64,000 nucleotides of DNA. It comes from Sporopachydermia quercuum (Eukaryota). This document shows positions 22,500 to 34,865 of the stretch, one piece after another. How positions within the stretch are numbered: the first letter of the stretch is position 1; every line of letters starts with the position of its first letter. The notes beneath the pieces are model-generated. The model did not search any database, was not told where the DNA came from, and saw only the letters and a list, made by a program, of their open reading frames with translations. The stretch is from assembly GCA_001599295.1 (NCBI GenBank), contig BCGN01000004.1, positions 996,138 to 1,060,137 of the forward strand. The letters run 5' to 3'. Position numbers and translations under genes: made by a program.

Positions 22500-24401
22500 T
22501 TACCAATCATCTTCAATCATATTTATTTCCTTCACAAATTTATCCATCCTCACAACCTTTTCTTTTTGTTTCAAAATCCATGGATGATTTTCCAGTAATT
22601 GCTTAGGACTAGGTCGTTTGTCTTGCTCTTTTGTAAGACAGAACCCTATGAAGTTTTTGAAGCTTTCACTCCATTTGATACCATCATTCACATCATCTGT
22701 TAATGTAATATCTAACGATAAAATCACAGTGATAAGCTCGATTGGCATTAAAGGTATCGTTTTGCCACCTGGAAATAGTTTGTTCTTATTGAACGGTAGT
22801 CTTCCTTGTGCTCCTTCTAATAATGTTAACCCTAATGACCAGACATCACTAGTAATTGAATATGGTTGACCCCTGATTCTTTCTGGCGCCATATAGTAAG
22901 ACGTGCCTGTGAAAGTTGATGCGAGAGAATCAATGACTTCTCCAGAGACGCCAAAATCACATAACTTAACATTTCCTTGCGAATCCAACAATATATTCTG
23001 AGGTTTGATATCGCGATGAATAATCCTTTGAGCATGCAAGTATGATAATCCTCGTAAAACACTTTCAGCTATTTTCCCTAACACTTTTTCTCCTATTCTT
23101 CCGCCTGACTTTTTTACTTTCCTATAAATGGAATCTAAACTGCCTCCATCACAATATTCCATTGCAATACAAATAGTGCCTCTTTCATCATCCATGAACG
23201 TACCATAATATTTGACAATATACGGCGAATTGCATTTCCTATTGAATTGCAATTCACGAAGTATTTGTTTCTGCTCTTCTGGACTTGGAGTTGTAGTAAT
23301 GGTCTTCAAAGCAAACACCTTTGACCCTTGTTTCAGCTTACATTTAGAAACACTACCACCAGCTCCTTCTCCTAACCTGTCTAATTCTATGATATCACCT
23401 TGTTTGGCCAGCATTCGCCAACTTTCTTCATCTAGTTGATCAATGTCGATAAAGGAGCTGAAATCTATTATTTCTCCTGACGATTTTCCTCTTAGATGTA
23501 AACATTTCATCCCAGAGTTTAAAGGAGATAGTGACCTAGAAGAATCATGAGCCGAATTAAGATCATCGTATCTTCCCCCATTGATATTTGCAATTCCATC
23601 GTTATGAGCCTGAAGCGTTAAGGCGTTTGGATCATTATTGTCGAAACTATCGTTACTATTGCCATCAAGAACTGCATATAATAATTCGGAGCTTAGCACT
23701 GGAGAATATGCATTAGCAGATGATCCTGCGGCTGAAGGTAATAATTCATTAGAATTAGCGAAACAGCTTCCTGCCCCACTTGTGCTTAAACCCCCACTGA
23801 CTGAAGAATCAGCAGGAGAGTCTGTTGATGAATCTCTATTTAAGTAATAAGGAGGAAAGTTTCCAGATGTTGATATACCCAAATTATTATTATCAAATGT
23901 GCTTTGGAAAGATGGTGTTGAGTCATTCAAATCAGACGTTTTTATCGATAGTGATAATCCCAAACCATGATTTGGCTTTTCAGACATAGGCTTTTTGTAT
24001 TGATATGGTAATGGAATTTGTTCCTTTCCACGACTTCTTTTGCTGATATCCGGTGTTGATGTTATTGAGGAAATGGATAGTGATGAGATATTATTATCCA
24101 CTGATTCAATATTGAAATTGGGTCGCGAGTTATTTACACTTTTGCTAGCAAAACCACTGGTAATTTCATTGCTGTTATTGTCCTTACTGTTATTGCTGTT
24201 GTCTTTTGATTTGTTATTGGAATTGCTAATAGCAGAAGCAGCCATTAAACCTATAGGNGGTGGTTTCCTCACCAAGTTCCCACTATTGCTACTCTTTGAT
24301 CCAATACTGTTAGGTATCGACAACATTGGTAGATTTTTCAAAGAGGTATTAGATGACCTCATACTCATGTCGGGTGCTTTCATCCATGGTGATTCCGCCA
24401 T
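22500..24401 (-). CDS. MKK1: MAP kinase kinase of the cell wall integrity pathway (Mkk1/Mkk2)
   Basis: [51 protein letters not shown] and DFGVSGE...[16 protein letters not shown]. Confidence 0.92.
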   Translation of the reverse strand: MAESPWMKAPDMSMRSSNTSLKNLPMLSIPNSIGSKSSNSGNLVRKPXPIGLMAASAISNSNNKSKDNSNNSKDNNSNEITSGFASKSVNNSRPNFNIESVDNNISSLSISSITSTPDISKRSRGKEQIPLPYQYKKPMSEKPNHGLGLSLSIKTSDLNDSTPSFQSTFDNNNLGISTSGNFPPYYLNRDSSTDSPADSSVSGGLSTSGAGSCFANSNELLPSAAGSSANAYSPVLSSELLYAVLDGNSNDSFDNNDPNALTLQAHNDGIANINGGRYDDLNSAHDSSRSLSPLNSGMKCLHLRGKSSGEIIDFSSFIDIDQLDEESWRMLAKQGDIIELDRLGEGAGGSVSKCKLKQGSKVFALKTITTTPSPEEQKQILRELQFNRKCNSPYIVKYYGTFMDDERGTICIAMEYCDGGSLDSIYRKVKKSGGRIGEKVLGKIAESVLRGLSYLHAQRIIHRDIKPQNILLDSQGNVKLCDFGVSGEVIDSLASTFTGTSYYMAPERIRGQPYSITSDVWSLGLTLLEGAQGRLPFNKNKLFPGGKTIPLMPIELITVILSLDITLTDDVNDGIKWSESFKNFIGFCLTKEQDKRPSPKQLLENHPWILKQKEKVVRMDKFVKEINMIEDDW

Positions 24402-25521
24402 TATGACAATATTGTGCTTTCCCTTATTATGTTTATGAAATACTGATAATCAACAGTCCGAACAAAAATGATGCCTAGTATCATTTGCCATAGAACGNTT
24501 TATTATAAAACTGTATAAAGGATATCTTTATAATCAAAAACAAGTGACCGTTAGTGCCTGGATTAACTTCTTCTTTTATATAATGATATGAGAATCACAA
24601 AGTCATATCGCACATCACTCCTTATTCTCTTATTCTTTGTACAGAGGAGAATCTGAGAACCTAATATACAATACAACACAGACCGAATGACTGCTATTCA
24701 AACTCTCTGGATTTTCTTCTTGAAATGTAACAAAACTTCAGTTTGCCTCACTTTTTATTTATATCAGTTTGATCGAAATACTATGGTAGATCACTGTGGC
24801 CGAGCCTGTAGACTATTTATCCACGGGTAAAAAGGTATGGTGTGCAACTGTAATTTTCATAAATTTATAGTCGGATTCTTTTTTGATATTTTGTCTGTCC
24901 AATATAACTTCCTAATTACGTCTTTTTAATGCCCAAACTCTTCGATAATTGCTTTTGCTCAACGCATAAAACATTCTTCTCACTTTGTTCTAGCATTTTA
25001 TCCTACTTTATTGCTCTCATTACTGGTAATTGTAAGTGTCACCAACACAAGAGAAAATCCGAAACAGGTAAAAAAGAAAATGAGACTGTGTGTCCAAGAT
25101 GGGAGGGAATATGAATATGTGTAATTGTCCAGGACGGAACGGAAATGATGGCAATGTAAAAGAGGACAGGTTTAGCTCGTGATTACATAATGTTAAGATA
25201 ATAACAATTATTGATTATATGATCACAAAAGGTCTGGCTTGAATTGGAAGAGCATGCAAGTGGTAGCTTAGCACTATCGTGATTTGGGGTAAGTCGGAAA
25301 TAGGTACTGGTGTGCTGTGTCTATAGGATGGTATGAACAATATTGAAAGTGGTATAATTAAGGATGGAAAGCTTACTTGGACGACTTGACTGGTGCACTG
25401 CTTTATTATTAGGGAGAGCATTGCTAGACTTAGTGCAATTCAAGGGTTATCCAATTGCAACGGAAGGAACGCGCGTGCGCGTCTATGGTGACTATTGTAT
25501 CCTCAGAGTAATGAAGTGACA

Positions 25522-27615
25522 ATGGATCGACAAAGTGACATCGAAGCCAAAAGGGCTAAACTACAAGAACTCAGACGCTTGAAAGACCAGAAGGAGAAAC
25601 AAAGAAACCAACTGCGACGAGAAAGTAGGTCGAGTTTACATAAAAATAATAGAACGGTAGTTGATAGGTTTGTAGATGATCTGGTGAAGCAGAAGAAGAA
25701 CAGTCTTGGTGCTAATGCCCTTATTGATTCTACAGGAAAGAACTCAGGTATCGAAGATAAAAATGGGAATGAAAAGTCAGGCGCAACTGAAAACTTGAAT
25801 GCAATAATAGCAGACTCAGTGGTTTCGGAATCGGTGAACAATAGTAAAGGCAGTGAAGCCACTCGGAAGTCGAACAACACTACCTTTGGCCGATCTGAAC
25901 CTAATGCAATGTTTGACAAATCAATAGAAACGCATCTCAAGAAAAAAAGACCTCAAGCCAATGTATCAACTAAAACAGACACTAGGGATGCTTTTAAAGG
26001 CATATCATTGGATTCAGATTCAGACACTCAAGCTATCGCGCTTGAAGTCATAACTAAAAGAATCCGTGAACGATTAGAAGAAGAAATGAGTATTTCTAAG
26101 CAGCAGTCTGTGAAAGGAAATCAATTGGCTGATGAGGAAAAGGATTCACTTGACAAAGAAGAACAAAGTAAGCAAAATAGAGAAATTCTAGATGATCTGG
26201 AAAAGAAAGTAACTATATCAACATACAACGAAGTGAAAGAATTACTTAATGATGATCAGTTTGCCAGTTTTCTAGTTAATCATTTTAAGATTGTAGAAAA
26301 GGCTTTTAGAGAAAACTCAGAACTATCAATTGACTATAGTTTAAAAGAAAATTTGGCAGATTCAAACCTTGCAAAGGGAACTGACGCGTTATCACTAGTT
26401 ACTAAACTGGAAGATGATAAATCGACCCAAAAGGGAGTTCATCGTTCGGTCATTGAAATCGATTTGAGTCCAAAGAATTCTCAAATGCTGTTAACAGCCT
26501 TTTCTAAACCATTGTCAGGACAAGGAAGTGTCCATGATTTTCCAGGATTANTATATATATGGAACCTACTAAACTCTTCAGAACCTGAGTTTGTTTTGCG
26601 TTCACACTGCGAATTAGCTTCAGCTAAGTTCTCGCCGACAAATCCTTTCTTGGTATATGCTGGCTCTTATACCGGACAAATGTTTTGCTGGGATATTCGC
26701 AGTAGCTCCTTTCCTGTTCTCAATTCTCCCGTAAACTTTTCAACTATAGGCCATAGTGGCCCTATTTTCTCATTAGTATTGAACTCTATGGCGACAAGCT
26801 ATTCAAAGCAAATATTATCAGCCTCAAACGATGGAACTATCTGCTCTTGGGATCCAGATGTGATAGACAAACCGCAAGAAACGTTAGAACTACGCAATGC
26901 ATCACCAGCAGTAATATCTGCTTCTAACGGAGCATTGAAAGCTTCAGCGCGTTATATGGAATTTTTGGCTCCATTAACTATGGCATTATTTCCTGATAAT
27001 CCAACAAGCTTTTTAATTGGTTGTGAAGATGGATTGATTTATACTGGTAATAGATTTCCTCAGCCAGGCCTCAAAGAAGGTATTGATTGGAGAGTTCTTT
27101 ACAGTGGACATAAAGGAACTGTATCAAAGATAACTTTCTTTCCTTCAGTCAACTATGGCCCAGATGTTGCTAAATCGGTAACAGTGATAAACCAAGAAAA
27201 CAAAACTATCAGTATGAACGTCGGAGAAGGTCATGAGTTATTGATGAGTTGCGGGTTTGACTGTAGTATCAAACTATGGCATCTGAAACCTTTGACATCT
27301 ATCGTTAAGTCTGATGGTAATGGTCCAGTGATAATTGAGCCTCTTCTTTCTTTTGATAAACGAGATGTAATCTATGATGTGTCGTGGAATCCTGTTTTGC
27401 CATTTGTTTTCGCAAGCGTAGATGGTGACGGGGTTTTAGATATTTGGGACCTTAATTTTAGTGCTGAGATACCAGTAGCTAGTCAGAAAGTTTCAGAAAC
27501 GAGTCTGAACAAGTTGTTATGGAATTCAGAAGGTAACCAGATATCCGTTGGTGACATTTCAGGAACAGTTTATGTTTATTCTTTTGATCTCCAGAAAGCT
27601 GAAACTACTGCATAG
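25522..27615 (+). CDS. PAC11: Cytoplasmic dynein intermediate chain (WD40)
   Basis: N-terminal MDRQSDIEAKRAKLQELRR dynactin-binding helix and C-terminal WD repeats (GSYTGQ..WD, YDVSWNP..P.VFASVDGDG.LDIWDLN). First ATG is at 25522. Confidence 0.88.
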   Translation: MDRQSDIEAKRAKLQELRRLKDQKEKQRNQLRRESRSSLHKNNRTVVDRFVDDLVKQKKNSLGANALIDSTGKNSGIEDKNGNEKSGATENLNAIIADSVVSESVNNSKGSEATRKSNNTTFGRSEPNAMFDKSIETHLKKKRPQANVSTKTDTRDAFKGISLDSDSDTQAIALEVITKRIRERLEEEMSISKQQSVKGNQLADEEKDSLDKEEQSKQNREILDDLEKKVTISTYNEVKELLNDDQFASFLVNHFKIVEKAFRENSELSIDYSLKENLADSNLAKGTDALSLVTKLEDDKSTQKGVHRSVIEIDLSPKNSQMLLTAFSKPLSGQGSVHDFPGLXYIWNLLNSSEPEFVLRSHCELASAKFSPTNPFLVYAGSYTGQMFCWDIRSSSFPVLNSPVNFSTIGHSGPIFSLVLNSMATSYSKQILSASNDGTICSWDPDVIDKPQETLELRNASPAVISASNGALKASARYMEFLAPLTMALFPDNPTSFLIGCEDGLIYTGNRFPQPGLKEGIDWRVLYSGHKGTVSKITFFPSVNYGPDVAKSVTVINQENKTISMNVGEGHELLMSCGFDCSIKLWHLKPLTSIVKSDGNGPVIIEPLLSFDKRDVIYDVSWNPVLPFVFASVDGDGVLDIWDLNFSAEIPVASQKVSETSLNKLLWNSEGNQISVGDISGTVYVYSFDLQKAETTA

Positions 27616-28078
27616 TTTCATAATGAGCTCTTAGTTACTATTTCAACAGTGGACTACACGTATATATAAGAATACTCTTAACTAATAGAGCAGTGAAACG
27701 GGTCTATTTTTGATCCATTGATTTACAGAGCTTTTGTCACTTTCGATGGTCTTATTTTGAGTAACCTGATAATGTATTGCAACTCACATATGAAGCAACT
27801 ATCAATAATTAGGACTTCTAATGAAATACGCCAAATCAACCTTCTAATGACTTACGGCTCTTCTGATTCACTAGATTAAAGGCATTTTCCTACTTCTCAG
27901 GTCTCTGCTTCATCGTATTCTAAATTAGTTCCTTCATCCTCTCGATAAATACTCATCATACAACAACCTGCAATCCCTACAATCAATGTTATCTAATCTA
28001 TATTGCAACTTGCATTTATCCTTTAATCCTCATCCAACAACAAATCCTTATACAAATATAAAACATCAAACATAATCA

Positions 28079-30235
28079 TCACATAAATCTANCAAAAAGG
28101 TTATCCTTTGGTCCAACAGTAATAGCTGAATCAAATTCAGAACTTTGGTGTAAAGTAATTGCATCTTGTGTTGATAATACCAATAATTCAAAAAATGTCT
28201 TCACAGCGTCTCCTCTTTTCACGTTTCCTTCTTTACCGTCTCCTAAGGAAACACCCGCTACAACAGTAACTAAGGAATCATAATCTGTTTCATCTTTGCT
28301 TATGAATTCTTCACGTAAGCAAGCGGCTACTTCCATAGTAGTTTGAGAGATTGAACCTGGTTGTTCGACTACTTCTTCACTTTGAGTAAGGTTCTCTTCC
28401 TGGGTCAAAGATATATCGTCTTTGCCCGCTTGTTCCTGCGTTTGAGTGAACTGTGAACTGTTGAATTCATTAGCAGTCGATTCAATGAGTTCATCACGAT
28501 CATCTATTCCAAGATCAATATCCAAGTTGAATTCAGGCTCTCTTTCTTTATCTTCTTCCAAATCCCGTCCAAGTTTCTCAGTTTCTGCGCCATCCCCTTT
28601 TTCTTTCCCATTTTCATTATCAAACAAGTCTGGAAGTTCGATAGCATCGTCTTGCATAATTGGTTCCTCCAATTGGCCACTTTGAAAGTTGTCTTCTGCA
28701 TCAGTATCATGGTGTTCTTCAGTTTCTAACTCGTTTGTAGTCTCTTTAATTGACTTGTCGCCTTCATCTTCAGATAATGTTTCTTTACTGCCATGCTTCT
28801 TGACTATTAATTCATCTAGATTTTCAGGGGCCAGTATTCTAGCAATACGAGGATTTATGAATTTGGGAGTACAGAATGCTTGTTCAAAGTCTTTATATGA
28901 AACATTTGAGCCAGGCTTGCTGAGAATTTCATAAGCACTTGAGTGGTGGGAAATAACGTCTCTTTCTTTCAAGATAGAAGACCTGTCATTTTGCATAGCT
29001 TTGATAAATGAGGATGGTAGCTCAATACTAGGATCCATTCTCAATCTTTTCCGATTCTTGTGCTTTCTCACTTTTAAATGAGGGATTCCATCAAAATCTT
29101 CGGGAGGCGGAGTTAATGGAGAGGTGGGTTCTTGTTGGGCTTGTTCTAAGAGTGAGTTAGTTGGTGGTGGTGTCGATGGAGATAAAGGGATGTGCAACTC
29201 AGGAATCTGTTGAGAAAGATTTAATTCTTCTTCAACGCCCATATCAATATCCAGATTTAGATCATCAACTTCTGGAACTTGAATCGAAACGTTCAAATCA
29301 CTCTCATCACCTGCTTCTTTGTTAATCTCCGTCTCGGTTGTTTCCATTGGAAGATCAATCTCTGTAGAGTTATCAACGAAACGTGGAAGTTCCATGCTGA
29401 GATCTTCTAACTCAACATTGTCGTTCATTGCACTTTCATCTTGGTCAGTAGGTTTAATAGGACTTTCTAACACTACTTGGTCCATATCATCATCAAGATT
29501 CAGGCCTAAATTCAAATCCATATCTTCTGTTGGTCTCGCTAGTTCATCTTCATCTTCTATTGCAGCACGAGGGAATTCCATAGACACATTGACATCATCA
29601 TCTAAATTGCTCAGTGTAATCTCTTTAGCGTTTGATTGATTTTGAGATGAAGGCATTTGACTTGAAATGAAGTTGAAATCGTTAAATCTTGGGTTGATGG
29701 TTGATCCCTCACTTTGTTTCTGGTTGTTTGCTGCATCAGAAAATGGATCGGGAAGCTCAAAGAGATCCAGTTCAGTAACAGTATCCGCCAATGTATAGTT
29801 TGAAATGTTATTAATAATGATTGATTGAGCTGGCAAGTCAATTTCTGCAAAAAGTTGATTAGTAGCCGTTGTAGCTCCTACTCCTGACCCTAGCTTGACG
29901 TTAGAAGTTCGGAATATCATTTTTAACTTCATCAGAACATCATTACAATCATCCAGAAGATACTTGGCCTTTCTGCTGTATATTCTTACCACCCCGTACA
30001 ACAATTGTCCGGATAAACGTAAAGCCAAAGGTACTTCTTCTGAAGAATCTAGATCATTGTTTTTATTGCTTGTTGCTTGATTGTTAGAACCAGTATTACT
30101 GACAATCGCAGAAACTGATTGCTGAATGTTCGTATGTAGCAGTTGATTCTTGGAAAGTTTTCTCTCTAGATTGGAGGCTAACCACACATGGGCCAATGGC
30201 CCTTCCTTGGATAATAAGGCATCTGAGAAGAACAT
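28079..30235 (-). CDS. MCD1: Mitotic cohesin kleisin Rad21/Scc1
   Basis: MFFSDALLSKEGPLAHVWLA, LALRLSGQLLYGVVRIYSRKAKYLLDDC and C-terminal winged helix A.KTFFELLVL.T...I...Q..F..I. Confidence 0.95.
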   Translation of the reverse strand: MFFSDALLSKEGPLAHVWLASNLERKLSKNQLLHTNIQQSVSAIVSNTGSNNQATSNKNNDLDSSEEVPLALRLSGQLLYGVVRIYSRKAKYLLDDCNDVLMKLKMIFRTSNVKLGSGVGATTATNQLFAEIDLPAQSIIINNISNYTLADTVTELDLFELPDPFSDAANNQKQSEGSTINPRFNDFNFISSQMPSSQNQSNAKEITLSNLDDDVNVSMEFPRAAIEDEDELARPTEDMDLNLGLNLDDDMDQVVLESPIKPTDQDESAMNDNVELEDLSMELPRFVDNSTEIDLPMETTETEINKEAGDESDLNVSIQVPEVDDLNLDIDMGVEEELNLSQQIPELHIPLSPSTPPPTNSLLEQAQQEPTSPLTPPPEDFDGIPHLKVRKHKNRKRLRMDPSIELPSSFIKAMQNDRSSILKERDVISHHSSAYEILSKPGSNVSYKDFEQAFCTPKFINPRIARILAPENLDELIVKKHGSKETLSEDEGDKSIKETTNELETEEHHDTDAEDNFQSGQLEEPIMQDDAIELPDLFDNENGKEKGDGAETEKLGRDLEEDKEREPEFNLDIDLGIDDRDELIESTANEFNSSQFTQTQEQAGKDDISLTQEENLTQSEEVVEQPGSISQTTMEVAACLREEFISKDETDYDSLVTVVAGVSLGDGKEGNVKRGDAVKTFFELLVLSTQDAITLHQSSEFDSAITVGPKDNLFXRFM

Positions 30236-30279
30236 AGTTCAATCTCGTTTATAACCAAGTGTTCGTTGTTGTATTTAGG

Positions 30280-30285
30280 ACGCGT
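30280..30285. promoter_or_regulatory. MCB element (ACGCGT) upstream of MCD1
   Basis: Exact ACGCGT 45 nt upstream of the ATG. MCD1/rad21 is an established MBF target. Confidence 0.5.
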
Positions 30286-30602
30286 CAGTTATTAGCAATT
30301 GTTATGTTAAAATAGTGGTTGTCTTCAGCAGTTCAATAGTACATAATTTCAACCGTCCTCAAGCAAGATTAAAATAGACAATCTGTGATCGAAAAAAAAT
30401 CTAATCTATCAGTATTCAAATAAGAGAAAATAGAACGAAAGTGAACTGAAATGTGATGTCTAGCAATCATGCAGAAGCTTAACGAAATCTTCTCATACAC
30501 GAAGAAGAAGTTCCTCCTTTGGGGACGTGGCTGGTCATTGGATTTTGATTTCGTAAGGAGATATCAACTAGGAGGATATTACCCGGACGAAGTTTGAATG
30601 TA

Positions 30603-30622
30603 GTCACGTGTAAAANCACGTG
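30603..30622. promoter_or_regulatory. Paired CACGTG E-boxes (GTCACGTG is Cbf1-type)
   Basis: gtcacgtg taaaan cacgtg in the MCD1/amine oxidase divergent intergenic region. Confidence 0.45.
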
Positions 30623-32576
30623 GCAGGCTTTACTTTTTCAAGTTATGTTATGGGTATGTAGGGAATCAAGAAACATCATTTTATTTGCGGGTCAGTCTAT
30701 CGTTTCCACTTTCTATTAATCTAACGATCACCAGGATCAGGAACAAATCACTGAACAGTAGATCTCACTATGAATACATAAAATCATGATATATCTATCC
30801 TACATGCAACTTTGATAGTGTCCTCCATCATTACAAATTACCGCTCCATCAATAGTATATAAATCTACCCCTTTTGGAAAAGCTTTCCCTTCTCTCGCGG
30901 CTCAGGGTGATTTTACTGCTTTTGGATATAGTTTGAATGCAAGTAATACTATTGATTTTGAGTGGAGACCAAATGTTCAAATTGATACCCACAAGGCTGA
31001 CTGATGNTGATACTGAAACAATGGACAGGATTCTTGACGTACTGATAATTTAAGTTTAATGATGGTGCATTTTACCGCTCAGATTTTATTTTTTAACTAT
31101 GGCGCCTAAAACATAATGCGTCAAGATGACATGAACCTTACATTAGAGTTAAATTTCAAACATTGACTTTGAAAGATTTCAGCAATTTGGCCGACCATTT
31201 TTTCAGCATCTTTCGCTATCAATTTATCATTATGGAAACATGTTGAAAAAGTGTGGGTTATTCAAACAAAAAGCGGACTCATAAAGACAGATTAGTGTGG
31301 GTCAATCCCATCAACTGTTTAACTTAGATGGAAGTTTATGCAAAGGCTACATAAAGTTTATTTTNCATGGTTGTACTTATTTAAGAACGAACACCAAACG
31401 GTAGATCAAAATCGGAGCAAATAAGCTGAGAAAAATTGAAAATTGTATGTTATTTTTCACCATTGAAGTTTACATTGATCCAGTATGAGAGTATGTGGAC
31501 AATCAGTTGCACAGTTAAGTCAAGACAAGAGAGAACACCAGCTATATTGAGTNGATTGTTCAATCTTCCAATGGTCAAAAGAAATTGGGTCCCCTCATCC
31601 TCCCCAAAGTTTATAATTGCTATAACAAACTCAAAGTGAATTCATTACTCTCCTATTGGAGTAAACCAATTGAGAAACCCCAATTACTATTCTATATAAC
31701 AGACTGACTTCATTGTCCTTTACATCAGAACTATCTGTACTACTGCTTGATGATCTAATCAAAAAAGCTAACTCTTCTCCTTCATAGGCAAACAATTCCA
31801 TATCCGCGATATTTCAAAGAGTTATTCAACCAGAGATTCCAATACAATATTCCATTCCGCCATCTCAACATGAATGACTAGTTACTTATACATTGTAGTT
31901 ATTCTTCTACAATCTCTTGCTCTTTCAGTACAAGCTTCATTTAAAGTTAGCCTTTTTGTTCAGCGCATCAAGAACCTTAATTTCTCTGATAAGCTCTTTA
32001 CCCTAACTATTTCTTAACAAAGCCTAAAGCCTATAATAAATTATCTTCAACCCTGATAGACAATGAACCCACCCGAAGTCATATCGATCAGCATCAGTCT
32101 AACGAACCACTTACTATAGCATTTTACCGAACAAACAGTCTTTATTGAATATGTTTTACTCTCGCAACTATAAGCTTTTAAAAACAATGAAAAATCATAC
32201 CAAACAATGATATACAAGTCAAATATCCTAATCAATATCAGATCTCAGAGAGTGAAGCAATGTGCTGCTTTTGTTTCCCTTCATCCCAAGCGTCAAGATA
32301 TCCAACCATCCATGCAAAATAAAAGATTTTAAGACTTAGATTTGATTCTACACACTAAATTATTATTTCAATACCAACTTGTATCAAGGTAAAATCATAT
32401 CTGCCAACTAATGGACATATGAAGCAAAGTTAGATAAAAAGCCGACCTCGTTTAACTTATCCCTAATTGTTCGCACTTTAACTTTATTTTTTAACGGTTT
32501 TCACTAATCAAGTGAAGCAATCAATCACTGATTAACTATTTTCATATCAGAGTATCTCCATTGTCGTTAAAATTAA

Positions 32577-32584
32577 TATAAATA
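32577..32584 (+). promoter_or_regulatory. TATA box of the amine oxidase gene, with nearby GATAAG elements (31988, 32456 reverse, 32729)
   Basis: TATAAATA 177 nt upstream of the ATG. GATA sites fit nitrogen-source regulation. Confidence 0.5.
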
Positions 32585-32753
32585 AGAGACCAAATCCCCT
32601 TCAAAAGGAATATTCTTGAAATGAAAATTCAATACAGTTGTTTAAATCATTAATCAAATCAAGCAGTAATAGATAACCAGCCAATTGTTGATCAATAGCT
32701 AATAGATATTTTACTCTGATTGATAATAGATAAGAATATTAACATTAATCATA

Positions 32754-34865
32754 ATGGAAAGACTTTCCCAGCTTGCCTCTCAAACTACAGCCTCCGCGCT
32801 ACCAATTGTTCATCCTTTGGACCCTCTTACTCCAGCTGAGCTTCAATTGGCTGTTAAGATCGTTAGGGGATACTTTTCTGGTAAAACTATTTCCTTCAAT
32901 GTTGTTACTCTGAAAGAGCCAAAGAAGGCTGAATATCTTGCGTGGGAGTCTAACCCTGCAACTGTTGCTACTCCTGCCAGAGAAGCTCATTTTGTTGTTT
33001 TGGAAAGTGGTGTTAACGGTGTTATTGAAGGTGATGTTACTTTATTCACTGCTAATGTTTACAATGTAAAGAAAGTCACAGGCATTCAACCTATCTTGAC
33101 TGTCGACGATCTAAGATCTACTGAAGAAGTCATCAGAAAGGATCCTAATGTTATTGAACAATGTATTCTTTCTGGTGTTCCAGCTGATGAAATCCATAAC
33201 GTCTACTGTGATCCTTGGACCATTGGTTACGATGAAAGATGGGGAACTGAAAGAAGATTACAACAAGCATTGATGTACTACAGAACAAATGAAGATGATT
33301 CTCAATACTCACATCCTTTAGATTTCTGCCCTATTGTTGATACTGAAACCAAAGAAGTTGTTTTCATTGATATTCCTCCTGTGAGAAGACCTTTAAGCAA
33401 AGCTCCTCACTCCAATTTCAATATCCCTGATATTAATAAAACCACTGGTTTCAGAGACAGTGGTAAGCCAATTAATGTTATTCAACCTGAAGGTGTTTCT
33501 TTCAAGATCACTGGTCGTATCATGGAATGGGAAAACTTTAAGTTCCATATTGGTTTCAACTACAGAGAAGGTATTGTGTTATCTAATATTTCATATAACG
33601 ACCACGGAAATGAAAGACCAATTTTCTATAGACTGTCCCTCGCCGAAATGGTGGTTCCATATGGTTCTCCTGATCACCCTCACCAAAGAAAGCATGCTTT
33701 CGATTTAGGTGAATATGGTGCTGGTTATATGACCAATCCTTTGACCCTTGGCTGTGATTGTAAGGGTGTAATTCATTACATGGATGGTGATTTTGTTGAT
33801 AGGGAAGGTAATATTATCACTACCAAGAATGCTATTTGCATTCACGAAGAAGATGATGGTATCTTATTCAAGCATTCTGATTTCAGAGATAACTTTGCTA
33901 CCTCCATTGTTACCAGAGGTACCAAGTTGATCATTTCTCAGATCTTTACTGCTGCTAACTACGAATATATGGTGTACTGGAACTTCCACCAAGATGGTAC
34001 TATCCAACTTGAAGTTAAGCTTACCGGTATTCTAAACACATATGTCTGCACTGATGATGAAGATCTTGGTGGATTCGGTACTAGAGTTTACCCTGGTGTC
34101 AATGCCCATAACCATCAACATTTGTTCTCTTTGAGAATCCATCCAAGAATTGATGGCGATGGTAATTCCGTTGCTACTGTTGATGCCGCCAGATCTCCTC
34201 TTCCCGTTGGACATCCTAATAACAAGTACGGCAATGCTTTCCTTCCTGATAGAAAGGTTTTGAAGACTGTAGGTGAATCTATTACTGATTACGATGGAGC
34301 TGTTGGAAGAACTTGGGATATATTCAATCCTAAGAAGCTTAACAAGTACTCTGGTAAGCCTGTTTCTTACAAGATTGTTTCTCGTGAATGCCCACCTTTA
34401 CTACCAAAAGAAGGCTCTTTGGTTTGGAAGAGAGCTGGTTTTGCTCGCCATCATATTCACGTTGTTCCATATAAAGATGGAAGAGTTTTCCCTGCTGGTG
34501 AATATGTTCCTCAAACTTCTGGTGAGCCATCAAGAGGTCTTCCTGAATGGCTTGGTGATGGTACCGAGTCAGTTGATGACTCTGACATCATTGTTTATCA
34601 CACTTTCGGTATTACCCATTTCCCTGCTCCTGAGGATTTCCCAGTCATGCCTGCAGAACCTATCAGCTTATTATTGAGACCTAGAAATTTCTTCTTACAA
34701 AATCCTGCTTTAGATGTCAAGCCAAGTTATAACTGCACTACCAGTCAAGCCAGAATTGCTACTAGTAACGCAGAAAAGAAGAGTTTGACTGACAGTATTT
34801 CTAGATTAGCTTTCAGTGAGACTAGTGCTCCTGCCGCATCTGGATCATGCTGCAGTAAGAAATAA
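32754..34865 (+). CDS. AMO1: Copper-containing (TPQ) primary amine oxidase, probably peroxisomal
   Basis: HPLDPLT, TPQ motif TAANYEY, copper ligands AHNHQH and HFPAPEDFPVMP, and PTS2-like N-terminus MERLSQLASQT. Confidence 0.95.
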   Translation: MERLSQLASQTTASALPIVHPLDPLTPAELQLAVKIVRGYFSGKTISFNVVTLKEPKKAEYLAWESNPATVATPAREAHFVVLESGVNGVIEGDVTLFTANVYNVKKVTGIQPILTVDDLRSTEEVIRKDPNVIEQCILSGVPADEIHNVYCDPWTIGYDERWGTERRLQQALMYYRTNEDDSQYSHPLDFCPIVDTETKEVVFIDIPPVRRPLSKAPHSNFNIPDINKTTGFRDSGKPINVIQPEGVSFKITGRIMEWENFKFHIGFNYREGIVLSNISYNDHGNERPIFYRLSLAEMVVPYGSPDHPHQRKHAFDLGEYGAGYMTNPLTLGCDCKGVIHYMDGDFVDREGNIITTKNAICIHEEDDGILFKHSDFRDNFATSIVTRGTKLIISQIFTAANYEYMVYWNFHQDGTIQLEVKLTGILNTYVCTDDEDLGGFGTRVYPGVNAHNHQHLFSLRIHPRIDGDGNSVATVDAARSPLPVGHPNNKYGNAFLPDRKVLKTVGESITDYDGAVGRTWDIFNPKKLNKYSGKPVSYKIVSRECPPLLPKEGSLVWKRAGFARHHIHVVPYKDGRVFPAGEYVPQTSGEPSRGLPEWLGDGTESVDDSDIIVYHTFGITHFPAPEDFPVMPAEPISLLLRPRNFFLQNPALDVKPSYNCTTSQARIATSNAEKKSLTDSISRLAFSETSAPAASGSCCSKK

